A stretch of 24,153 nucleotides of DNA from Candidatus Zhuqueibacterota bacterium (lineage in GTDB: Bacteria; Zhuqueibacterota; Zhuqueibacteria; Zhuqueibacterales; Zhuqueibacteraceae): NCBI GenBank assembly GCA_013361015.1, contig JABWAN010000001.1, positions 1-24,153 of the forward strand, read 5' to 3'. A program made the translations under genes and the position numbers. Within the stretch, counting starts at the first letter, position 1. Each line of letters begins with the position of its first letter. This document shows positions 16,621 to 24,153 of this stretch, piece after piece. The notes below the pieces were generated by a model. It was given only the letters and a program-made list of their open reading frames with translations. It was not told the origin of the DNA and did no database searches.

Positions 16621-17294
16621 CGCTCGTGCTCGCGCATCACATATCCGACCCCGCGCACCGTGTGCAGCAACCGTTTCTCGCCGCCGGCTTCTAATTTTTC
16701 CCGCAGCCGCTTGACATAAACGTCGATGAGATTCGTGTCACTATCGAAATGATAATCCCACACGTGCTCGGCGATGAGGGTGCGCGTCATCACGCGGCCG
16801 GTGTTGCGCAGCAAATAATCCAGAATTGCGTATTCACGCGGCGTAAGCTCGATGAGTCGCGCGCCACGGGACACTTGACGAGTGACAGGATCGACGGTCA
16901 AATCCGACATTTGCAATGCGGCGCTGCGGTCGCTGCCTTGACGGCGCAGCAACGCGCGCACGCGCGCCAGCAATTCCGCAAAGGCAAAGGGCTTGACGAG
17001 ATAATCGTCGGCGCCGGCATCCAAGCCGTTGACGCGATCATCCACTTCACGGCGCGCGGTGAGAATGAGCACAGGAACCGGCACGTGTTGCCGCCGCAGT
17101 TCGCGCAACACACTCATGCCTTCCAAACCCGGCAGGAGCAAATCAAGAATGATGAGATCGTACGGCTCGCTCAGCGCCAGTTCCAGCGCGCGTGTGCCAT
17201 TACCGGCGAGTTCCACGCTATATGCTTCCTGCTCCAAACCTTTGCGCAGGAACGCCGCCACTTTCTTTTCGTCTTCGACCACTAGAATGCGCAT
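16617..17294 (-). CDS. OmpR-family response regulator, CusR/CzcR-like
   Basis: MRILVVEDEKKVA, DLIILDLLLPGLEG, GADDYLVKPFAFAELLARVRALLRR and VWDYHFDSDTNLIDVYV.RLR; ATG at 17294 after GAGAGG. Confidence 0.95.
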   Translation of the reverse strand: MRILVVEDEKKVAAFLRKGLEQEAYSVELAGNGTRALELALSEPYDLIILDLLLPGLEGMSVLRELRRQHVPVPVLILTARREVDDRVNGLDAGADDYLVKPFAFAELLARVRALLRRQGSDRSAALQMSDLTVDPVTRQVSRGARLIELTPREYAILDYLLRNTGRVMTRTLIAEHVWDYHFDSDTNLIDVYVKRLREKLEAGGEKRLLHTVRGVGYVMREHER

Positions 17295-17494
17295 AGCCTC
17301 TCTTTTCAAGCAAGGTTTCACAACAGAGGCTGGGAGAGAAGATTCTTCCAACGCCCGCATTATGGTGGTAGATTTAAGGGCTTTTTGCAGACAAAAGCAA
17401 GCTGCGTGAACGGTTTCGCGACATTTGTGGCGCGGCCACTCGCTTTTTCAATACGAAAGCTGCGCAGCGGAACAGGGCACGCCCATACGAAATC

Positions 17495-17776
17495 CTAACG
17501 AGTGCGTGCACCGAGCCGTTGCTGCACGAGATGCTTGAGCTTTATGGCCGGCATGGTGGTGGGATGAACGTTGCGCAAACGCGCTTCATTCTCGATGAGT
17601 TCTTCCGCCTCCGGCCACGACTTCGCTGCTTCCAAAATTTCCATGAAAATGGAATACGCCTCCGCATCGCCTTGGAAGAAGCGACGAACGAGAATCTCCT
17701 CGATTTGCGGACGAACCTGGGTCTTCAAGCTATCGTCACCATTGCCATGTGTATTCATTTCAAGCACCGCGCACAT
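17495..17776 (-). CDS. Small hypothetical helical protein
   Basis: GGAG lies 9 nt before the ATG at 17776. RRFFQGDAEAYSIFMEILEAAKSWPEAEELIE resembles, from memory, a conserved FCB-group C-terminal domain. Start is uncertain. Confidence 0.6.
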   Translation of the reverse strand: MCAVLEMNTHGNGDDSLKTQVRPQIEEILVRRFFQGDAEAYSIFMEILEAAKSWPEAEELIENEARLRNVHPTTMPAIKLKHLVQQRLGARTR

Positions 17777-17906
17777 TGCCATCTGCTCCAATCTCATCGC
17801 GAAACAAATGCATCGACTCTGGCAGATTACCAAATTCAAATGAACTTTCGGTGAAAGCGGGATGAATTTTTTTTCATGCAGCAACCACTGCGGCATGGAA
17901 TTTCAG

Positions 17907-17934
17907 TTGCATTTTTTATCGCGTCTCATATTTT
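17907..17934 (+). promoter_or_regulatory. Putative sigma70-like promoter for the GNAT gene
   Basis: TTGCAT-16 bp-TATTTT in an AT-rich divergent spacer. Confidence 0.3.
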
Positions 17935-17966
17935 CCGTTATTCTCACTTAATGAAAAGGCCGTCTC

Positions 17967-18824
17967 ATGCCATCTCAAGCAGAAGAGCGATTTTCACCGC
18001 AGTTCTCCTCCCTCGTCTTGCGGCGCTTGCACACGCCCGCAGATTATAGCGCCTGTCTCGCTTTGCAGAAAGAAACTTGGGGCGATAGCTTTGCTGAGTG
18101 TGTGCCGCCGTCTTTATTAATGGTCAGCCAAAAGATCGGCGGCGTGGCTGCGGGCGCGTTTGATGAAAACGGAAAGTTGCTGGGATTTGTTTTTGGATTG
18201 ACCGGTGTGAAAGATGGGCGTTTGGTGCATTGGTCGGATATGCTCGCCGTGCGGCCGGAATATCGCGATCACGGACTTGGGCGGAAGTTGAAACATTACC
18301 AGCAACAACTTGTGCGCGAAATCGGAGTGGGGGTTATATACTGGAGCTATGATCCGCTCGTCGCGCGTAATGCGCATTTGAATTTGAATCACCTCGGTGC
18401 TCACGTCACGGAATACGTGCCGGATATGTACGCGAGCGATGCCGTTGGGACCCTTTATCGCGGCTTGAGCATGGATCGCTTCATCGTGGCTTGGGAGATT
18501 TTGCACGAGCCGGATGAAGCCGCTAGCTCCCGGCGCATGCACGCAACGCGAGCACGTTTTGCCGTTGCACCGATTGCGAATGACCTGCCTTCGGCAATGA
18601 TCCCGAACAGCACACTGCCGCGAGCTGCAGAGCTTCGTGTTGAAATTCCCGACGACATTCAAGCCACAAAAGAAAAAGATCTAGAGGAAGCTAAAGTTTG
18701 GCGAGCTACCTCACGAAGAGCTTTCCTTTTCTATTTTGAACACGGCTACCGCGTAGAGGGGTTCTATCGTGACGACGCTAGCGGTCGCTGCTTTTATGGC
18801 CTCTCAGCAAGCGTTCGCGAATGA
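17967..18824 (+). CDS. GNAT superfamily acyltransferase, COG3375-like
   Basis: GGVAAGAFDENGKLLGFVFG, HWSDMLAVRPEYRDHGLGRKLK, WSYDPLVARNAHLN, Y.PDMY and DRFIVAW. Confidence 0.88.
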   Translation: MPSQAEERFSPQFSSLVLRRLHTPADYSACLALQKETWGDSFAECVPPSLLMVSQKIGGVAAGAFDENGKLLGFVFGLTGVKDGRLVHWSDMLAVRPEYRDHGLGRKLKHYQQQLVREIGVGVIYWSYDPLVARNAHLNLNHLGAHVTEYVPDMYASDAVGTLYRGLSMDRFIVAWEILHEPDEAASSRRMHATRARFAVAPIANDLPSAMIPNSTLPRAAELRVEIPDDIQATKEKDLEEAKVWRATSRRAFLFYFEHGYRVEGFYRDDASGRCFYGLSASVRE

Positions 18825-19065
18825 GATGGGGGTTGCTTACTGCGGCGAAGGCTCACCGACTTAATCAAGGTGTCAAGATTTGGTCAAGCATCCCATTCTC
18901 GAAGCCATAACCTTCAAATATTAAGAATCTTGCCTGGTTGACCACTAATCCAGGTCCTCACCCTTTTATTATCTTCGCGGCCTGCTGCAATTTTTTTTTA
19001 TTCGAATATCATGCTGGAAAATCACCAGATAACCGGGTCTAGTTCCTGCGTTGCAAACGAAAGGT

Positions 19066-19094
19066 TTGCTTCTCTCATAGTCGCATATTATATT
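19066..19094 (+). promoter_or_regulatory. Putative sigma70-like promoter P1 for the peptidase gene
   Basis: TTGCTT-17 bp-TATATT. Confidence 0.45.
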
Positions 19095-19178
19095 GCGCCC
19101 ACTCAAAAGAAAGGTTGTGGGGTCACAAAATTAAGCTACTGATTTACCTAGCCTTATTTGATTGGTTTTATCCCCAAT

Positions 19179-19208
19179 TTGCAGACGTTAGGTCGAACGG
19201 CATATTAT
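19179..19208 (+). promoter_or_regulatory. Putative sigma70-like promoter P2 for the peptidase gene
   Basis: TTGCAG-18 bp-TATTAT, 28 nt upstream of the ATG at 19237. Confidence 0.35.
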
Positions 19209-19236
19209 AAGTTCACCCATAACGGAGATTAGCATC

Positions 19237-20082
19237 ATGGCATTCGCCATCCAACCTGATGAATATAGTTGCGGCCCAACCTGTGTTCACAACGCGCTTT
19301 TACTCTTAGGCAACGGCAACATCGACATGCGTCGTTTGAAGAAGGCCTGTGGCACACGACCAAGCACCGGCACAGACGAAAACGGTTTGCAGCGTGGTTT
19401 GCGCCGGCTGGGTTATGAAGGCGTCGAGGCAAACTTCAACCGCAAAACGCACGGTCGCAAGGCGCTCGAGTGGTTGCGCGAAGAACATCATCAGGGCCAC
19501 CCAGTCATTTTGTGTGTCGATCAATTCGAGCATTGGATTTTGGCGGCCGGCTCCACGCAGCGGTCGTACTTCATCCTCGATCCGCGCGGCAATCGCAATC
19601 GCGCCACGGCTTCGAGCATTTCCGGCGGAGCTTTGATGCGGAGATGGTGGGGCTTCGATCGCGCCGGCGAGGTCGGCAGTTACTATGCGCTCTCCGTTCG
19701 CCCGCGCAGCCCCAAAGCTTGGGAGCTCTCCAAAAACGCGCTGCCTTTGACGAACCGCGACGTGCTCGAGCGCATCCGTGAAAGCGCGGAAGACTTGCTG
19801 CCCGTATCAAGTGCATTGCTCAACACGTTCGGTAAAGTAAAGAGCGGCAAAAAGCTCGCGGATTTGCTGCAAGAAATCGCGCCGCGATTGATGCACCGCA
19901 AAGAATTCGCGCGCGCGGGCATCGACGGTTACGCGCTGAACGAGCAAGTGCGCAACTTCCTCGCCTTTGCGCGCGGCCGGCAATTACAATATCACGCCAC
20001 GCACCGTGACGACGCTCTCATCTCGTTAACCGGGTTACTGCTTATTCACACTTCCGGCCAGTCGCAACAAGCTCAAGTTTAA
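19237..20082 (+). CDS. C39-like (papain-fold) cysteine peptidase with an unknown C-terminal domain
   Basis: QPDEYSCGP (QxxxxxC), GT.ENGL..GLRRLG, HWILA and FILDP give the Cys-His-Asp triad; GGAG RBS. Confidence 0.82.
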   Translation: MAFAIQPDEYSCGPTCVHNALLLLGNGNIDMRRLKKACGTRPSTGTDENGLQRGLRRLGYEGVEANFNRKTHGRKALEWLREEHHQGHPVILCVDQFEHWILAAGSTQRSYFILDPRGNRNRATASSISGGALMRRWWGFDRAGEVGSYYALSVRPRSPKAWELSKNALPLTNRDVLERIRESAEDLLPVSSALLNTFGKVKSGKKLADLLQEIAPRLMHRKEFARAGIDGYALNEQVRNFLAFARGRQLQYHATHRDDALISLTGLLLIHTSGQSQQAQV

Positions 20083-20298
20083 AGCCGCTTTGGGTCGATC
20101 AAAAGCTCAGAGCTTCGTTGCGACTTTCATCACAACTCTTCTTCCCAACCGTCATTCCGCCGCCTTCCCTTCTCGAAAAAAAACCTACCATTTTGAATAA
20201 TTGCGCTTAAATTCGTCGCAGCGACATGAGGCACGAATCTCTAACAAACTAGCAATTCTCCTTTCGCGGGAGAGAATTCTTGTGAGTGGAAGGCAAGC

Positions 20299-21360
20299 AT
20301 GAAAAGATTCCTATTGGGACTATCTTCGTTCCTCGTTTTTATCGTTCTCTATTTCAGCTTCACTGAGGCCCCGATTTCCCCAGTCGCATATTCGCCCTCT
20401 TCTGCTCCGCCATTCCAAGGCGTGCTCGCTCCAAATGCAGAACTGGCAAAAGCCGAGTTCATTGCAAAAGGGCAAATTCACGGTCCGGAAGATATCGCCA
20501 TGGACAGCTCGGGCCGGATTTATGCCGGCACGAGTGACGGCAAAATTGTTCGTCTTCTCTCCGCACAAAATATCGAAACGGTTGCGGTAACCGGAGGTCG
20601 TCCATTGGGGCTGCAATTCGATCGCCTCGGCAATCTCATTGTCGCCGATGCCGTAAAAGGCTTATTGTCGATTGCATACGACGGCAGCATCATCACGCTC
20701 ACCACTTCGGCAGAAGGCACTCCCGTGAAGCTTGCCGACGCGCTCGCGATTGCAACTGACGGCCGCATCTACTTTTCGGACGCGAGCTCAAAGGATTGGG
20801 GCGAGGAATTTGTTTATGAAATCCTTGAGGCCAAACCTTATGGACGCTTGCTGTGTTACGATCCCGCAACGCAGACAACCAAGGTTCTGCTGCGAGATTT
20901 ATACTTTGCCAACGGCGTCGCGCTCTCACGCAACGAAGACTTCGTATTGGTTAATGAAACCTATCGCTATCGCACCACCCGTTATTGGTTGAAAGGCGAG
21001 CGCGCCGGGACCTCCGATATTTTCATCGACAACCTGCCCGGCTTTCCCGACGGCATCTCGGCCGGTGGCAACGGCGCGTTTTGGCTCGCCCTCTTCACCG
21101 TCCGTAAACCGATTGCCGATCGCCTCCATCCTTATCCCTTTGCAAAAACTCTTTTGGCACGTTTGCCCAAGTTCTTAAGGCCCAAACCCACCCACTACGG
21201 CCTCGTGCTCGCGCTTGATGAGCAAGGCCGGATTACGCGCAGCTTGCACGATCCCACGGGCCGGCAACTCTCCGAAATCACCTCGGTACGAGAACACGAA
21301 GGCTATCTTTACTGCGGCACGCTCAACGAAGATTATATTGGAAAGTACAGGTTAGAATAG
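20299..21360 (+). CDS. Strictosidine synthase-like / SMP-30 beta-propeller hydrolase with N-terminal anchor
   Basis: GPEDIA, GGRPLGL, DGRIYFSDAS, LYFANGVALS, NLPGFPDGI and ITSVREH. Confidence 0.92.
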   Translation: MKRFLLGLSSFLVFIVLYFSFTEAPISPVAYSPSSAPPFQGVLAPNAELAKAEFIAKGQIHGPEDIAMDSSGRIYAGTSDGKIVRLLSAQNIETVAVTGGRPLGLQFDRLGNLIVADAVKGLLSIAYDGSIITLTTSAEGTPVKLADALAIATDGRIYFSDASSKDWGEEFVYEILEAKPYGRLLCYDPATQTTKVLLRDLYFANGVALSRNEDFVLVNETYRYRTTRYWLKGERAGTSDIFIDNLPGFPDGISAGGNGAFWLALFTVRKPIADRLHPYPFAKTLLARLPKFLRPKPTHYGLVLALDEQGRITRSLHDPTGRQLSEITSVREHEGYLYCGTLNEDYIGKYRLE

Positions 21361-21471
21361 TGAGCTTTATGCAAACAAACCTGCGAAACGCGCAAAAAGT
21401 ATTTTCACGCATTCATGCATTGCGTGGGTTTCGTGGGCGGGAAAAAATGCGCCACGAACGGAGAATGGACC

Positions 21472-21825
21472 ATGCCTCGCGCCTTTCTTGTGCATTGGAA
21501 CAAAGAAGAAGTTTTGGAGAAAGCCAGACCGTTGCGGGCCGCAGGTTGGAGCGTAGTATGTGAGCACGGTGATGGCGAGGTAGCCTTCAAAAGTATTCGG
21601 GAAAAACCGCCCGAGGTCGTCATTATTCATCTCTCACGTTTGCCTTCGCATGGCGCTCGTGTTGCCGAAGTCTTGCAGCAGACCAAGGCCACGCATGAGA
21701 TTCCCATCGTGTTCGTCGACGGCGAGCCGGATAAAATCGCCAAGGTGCAACAAAAGATTCCCAACGCGACTTATCTGCAAAGCATGCACCTCGACAAGTT
21801 TTTGCAGAGATTCATGAAGGCTTGA
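21472..21825 (+). CDS. Single-domain degenerate receiver (CheY-like) protein
   Basis: Beta/alpha pattern with PPEVVIIHLSRLPSHG and THEIPIVFV; GGAG RBS before the ATG at 21472; canonical acidic residues are absent. Confidence 0.7.
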   Translation: MPRAFLVHWNKEEVLEKARPLRAAGWSVVCEHGDGEVAFKSIREKPPEVVIIHLSRLPSHGARVAEVLQQTKATHEIPIVFVDGEPDKIAKVQQKIPNATYLQSMHLDKFLQRFMKA

Positions 21826-21946
21826 TACCGTTGGCAAACCTTTCTGCCACAGACTTTTGGAATTTTGCTCTGTGTTTCGTTCCTTATGCGTCTAAAGATT
21901 CTTCTTGCATGACACGAAAGAAACTGACCCGCAACGAGAGAAGACC

Positions 21947-22639
21947 ATGCCTCACTTTTCTACAACCGAACAAAAACGCAATGCCGCCACCGCGGCCGTG
22001 GAATACGTCGAAAACAAAATGGTGGTGGGCCTTGGCACAGGCAGCACCGTAGAATTTGCGCTCCGTCTTTTGAGTCAAAGAGTCAAACAAGGCCTGCACA
22101 TTACCGGCGTGCCCAGTTCGCTTGCCACGGCCCGGCTCGCGCGACGATTGCGAATTCCACTCGTCCCTGATGACGGCGCATTTAAAAAAATCGACCTCAC
22201 CATCGACGGCGCCGATGAAGTCGATCCGAAACTTCATCTCATCAAAGGCGGCGGCGGTGCTTTGACACGAGAGAAGATTGTCGCCGCACGCAGCGATCGC
22301 GTCATCATCATTGTGGATGAAAAGAAGCTCGTGCCGCAGCTCGGCAAACTTCCGTTGCCTGTCGAAGTGTTGCCTTTTGGCTGGCAATCCACTGCAGCTT
22401 TATTGCGCACTCTCGGTGCACGCATACAAGTGCGCCAAAACGAGGACAAAATCTTTCGTTCGGACAATGGCAACATAATTCTCGATTGCCATTTTCGGCG
22501 CATCACCGACGCACCGGCCTTGGCCGCGCAAATCAAATCAATCGCAGGCGTCGTGGAGGTGGGACTGTTCATCCGTCTCGCAGATCTGGTCATCGTCGGC
22601 AAGAAGGAAGGCGGCGTCGCGGGACTATGGGCGGCATGA
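21947..22639 (+). CDS. rpiA: Ribose-5-phosphate isomerase A
   Basis: VGLGTGST, IDGADEVD, IKGGGGALTREKI, LPVEV, SDNGNIILD and GVVEVGLF; likely start is MPHF at 21947. Confidence 0.96.
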   Translation: MPHFSTTEQKRNAATAAVEYVENKMVVGLGTGSTVEFALRLLSQRVKQGLHITGVPSSLATARLARRLRIPLVPDDGAFKKIDLTIDGADEVDPKLHLIKGGGGALTREKIVAARSDRVIIIVDEKKLVPQLGKLPLPVEVLPFGWQSTAALLRTLGARIQVRQNEDKIFRSDNGNIILDCHFRRITDAPALAAQIKSIAGVVEVGLFIRLADLVIVGKKEGGVAGLWAA

Positions 22640-22650
22640 CGCTCGATAAA

Positions 22651-22713
22651 GTGCAGCCACGGCTTGGCTGTGGCTTATGTTGTGATAAAGCCACGGCCAG
22701 GCCGTGGCTGAAC
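22651..22713. repeat. REP doublet (inverted pair of palindromic units)
   Basis: GTGCAGCCACGGCTTGGCTGTGGCTT (22651-22676) matches the reverse complement of 22688-22713 (GTTCAGCCACGGCCTGGCCGTGGCTT) at 23/26; 11-bp spacer. Confidence 0.85.
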
Positions 22714-22724
22714 GATTATGGCTT

Positions 22725-23738
22725 ATGAATATCACCCCCACCCTCAGCAATGCCAACCCGGCATTCATGCCCGTTCCACTTACGCCGGAAACGCCGCCGC
22801 GCACGTGCGCACGCCAACTCCTGCTCGAGCGCGTGCAAGAGATGGTGAAATTCGAAGAGGGCACGCGCAAAGGCGAAGACCTCGAAGCGCTGCACGATAT
22901 GCGTGTGTGGTCGCGGCGCTTGCGCGAGGCCTTCGAAATTTTTGCATTCTGTTTTCCGGAAAAAGTTTATAACAAGCTTTATGACCGCGTGCGGCAAGTC
23001 ACCAAGACGCTCGGCAAAGCGCGCGAGGCCGACGTGGCCGTGGAATTTTTCAATCAGCTCTACACGGCTTCGCAAGATATGATCGAGCGCTTCGCATTGG
23101 AAGACATGCTTAGTCGCCTTGTGGAAACCCAACTGCACGAGCGTACGCGCATGCAAAGCAAGCTCGATCGCAAAGTGCGGCCCAGTGCATTGCCCGAGGA
23201 GCTCACGCTTGCGTTCGAGCGCCTCGCCGCGCAACCGGCTTCACGGCAACGCGGGCCGCGCACGGCTTTGCGCTTAACGCGCACGCTGTTGCTGCAGCGC
23301 TTGCGCGCCGTGTTTGCGGCACGTCAGGCCATCACGGGCGAAGACGACGTTGCCGGTTTGCACAATCTCCGCATCGCCGTGAAGAAGCTGCGCTACGCGC
23401 TCGAAACGCTGAATTTCGCCGCCGGCGCTGAAGTGGAAGCGAACTTAAAATTCTTCAAAAAGCTGCAAACCGCGCTGGGGGAGATTCACGACCGCGATGT
23501 GTTCATCGCGGAAGTGAAAGCGCGCTACGACGCGCTGCAAAAGCGCGCCTTCAGCGCCACGCTCTCGCAAGGCTACGAAGCAATCTTCCAACACCTGCTG
23601 CAAGCGCGCCGGGGATTTTATGAGGAGTATGTAAAGCTGTTTGCGGAAGCAAAACTTTCGGAATGGCAAAAGCGCGTAGTCCCGCCGCTGCCGAGGGCGG
23701 GCAGACCACCACAAACCTCACAGCGAGTGTTACCTTGA
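22725..23738 (+). CDS. CHAD domain protein
   Basis: Duplicated motifs LHDMRVWSRRLRE and LHNLRIAVKKLRY, plus LGKAREADV and LGEIHDRDV; start at 22704 or 22725. Confidence 0.92.
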   Translation: MNITPTLSNANPAFMPVPLTPETPPRTCARQLLLERVQEMVKFEEGTRKGEDLEALHDMRVWSRRLREAFEIFAFCFPEKVYNKLYDRVRQVTKTLGKAREADVAVEFFNQLYTASQDMIERFALEDMLSRLVETQLHERTRMQSKLDRKVRPSALPEELTLAFERLAAQPASRQRGPRTALRLTRTLLLQRLRAVFAARQAITGEDDVAGLHNLRIAVKKLRYALETLNFAAGAEVEANLKFFKKLQTALGEIHDRDVFIAEVKARYDALQKRAFSATLSQGYEAIFQHLLQARRGFYEEYVKLFAEAKLSEWQKRVVPPLPRAGRPPQTSQRVLP

Positions 23739-23805
23739 TTCCTTAGATATTACAAAACGCCTAGACAGTGCATACCATGAGAACGCATGCAAGGGGACCA
23801 AATTT

Positions 23806-24153
23806 ATGAAAGATTTCTTCCTCAGCTACAACAGCGAGGACAAACAATGGGCCGAGTGGATCGCGTGGCAGCTTGAAGCGGCGGGCTACACCGTGGCGTA
23901 TCAAGGCTGGGACTCCATCCCCGGAAAAAATTTCGCGCAGTGGATGAACGAAAGCAGCCGCGAAGCCGCGCGCACCATTGCCGTGCTCTCGCCCAATTAC
24001 GTGGCCGCGCAATTCACCGCGCCGGAATGGATGGCCGCGTTTGTGCAAGACCCCACAGGCAAAGACGGCCGCTTGATTCCCATTCGCATTGCGAAGTTCA
24101 AGATTGAGGGCTTGCTGGACGAAAAGGTGGTAGATCGAGGAGTCACTCGAACC
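23806..24153 (+). CDS. TIR-domain protein (partial, runs off the window)
   Basis: My translation: MKDFFLSYNSEDKQWAEWIAWQLEAAGYTVAYQGWDSIPGKNFAQWMNESSREAARTIAVLSPNYVAAQFTAPEWMAAFVQDPTGKDGRLIPIRI...; AGGGGA RBS; no stop before base 24153. Confidence 0.92.
   Translation, partial: MKDFFLSYNSEDKQWAEWIAWQLEAAGYTVAYQGWDSIPGKNFAQWMNESSREAARTIAVLSPNYVAAQFTAPEWMAAFVQDPTGKDGRLIPIRIAKFKIEGLLDEKVVDRGVTRT

Noticed and set aside
19051-19069. GCAAAC-GAAA-GGTTTGC hairpin as a c-di-GMP-I riboswitch
   Set aside because: Lacks the GGAC/GCAAAG junction and the second stem required.
1-24153. CRISPR array, tRNA or rRNA genes
   Set aside because: No regularly spaced direct repeats or cloverleaf/rRNA signatures found by eye; GGTGGAGCAGC in the repeat resembles a tRNA D-arm start but the rest does not follow.

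Overview
Bacterial chromosomal window, moderately GC-rich; gene content suggests an FCB-group lineage such as KSB1 or Calditrichota (inference). The core (2561-13708, minus strand) is a seven-gene group-4-hydrogenase/complex-I-like operon: small subunit, two HyfB-like antiporter subunits, HyfC, HyfE, HyfF and a HyfG/HycE-like large subunit. The large subunit has lost all four NiFe-binding cysteines, so this is an Ehr (energy-converting hydrogenase-related) complex. No ferredoxin/NuoI, electron-input or maturation genes are in the window, and an M23 peptidase overlaps the stop codon of the large subunit. The operon is unusually spread out. Its junctions hold REP-like palindromes and an antisense UPF0175/PIN toxin-antitoxin module, and a ~215-bp unclassified repeat occurs twice in inverted orientation around the hyfB2-TA-hyfC segment. 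A second TA module (DUF433/DUF5615) lies downstream. In both TA modules the antitoxin is intact and the toxin is broken. Upstream on the same strand are a CusRS/CzcRS-like two-component system and a DUF4398-like lipoprotein. The right third is plus-strand: COG3375-type GNAT, stand-alone C39-like peptidase, strictosidine-synthase-like hydrolase, degenerate receiver protein, rpiA, CHAD protein, and a TIR-domain gene that runs off the edge and is absent from the ORF track. A Gfo/Idh/MocA oxidoreductase is at the left end. All family calls come from motif recognition by eye; no database search was run.
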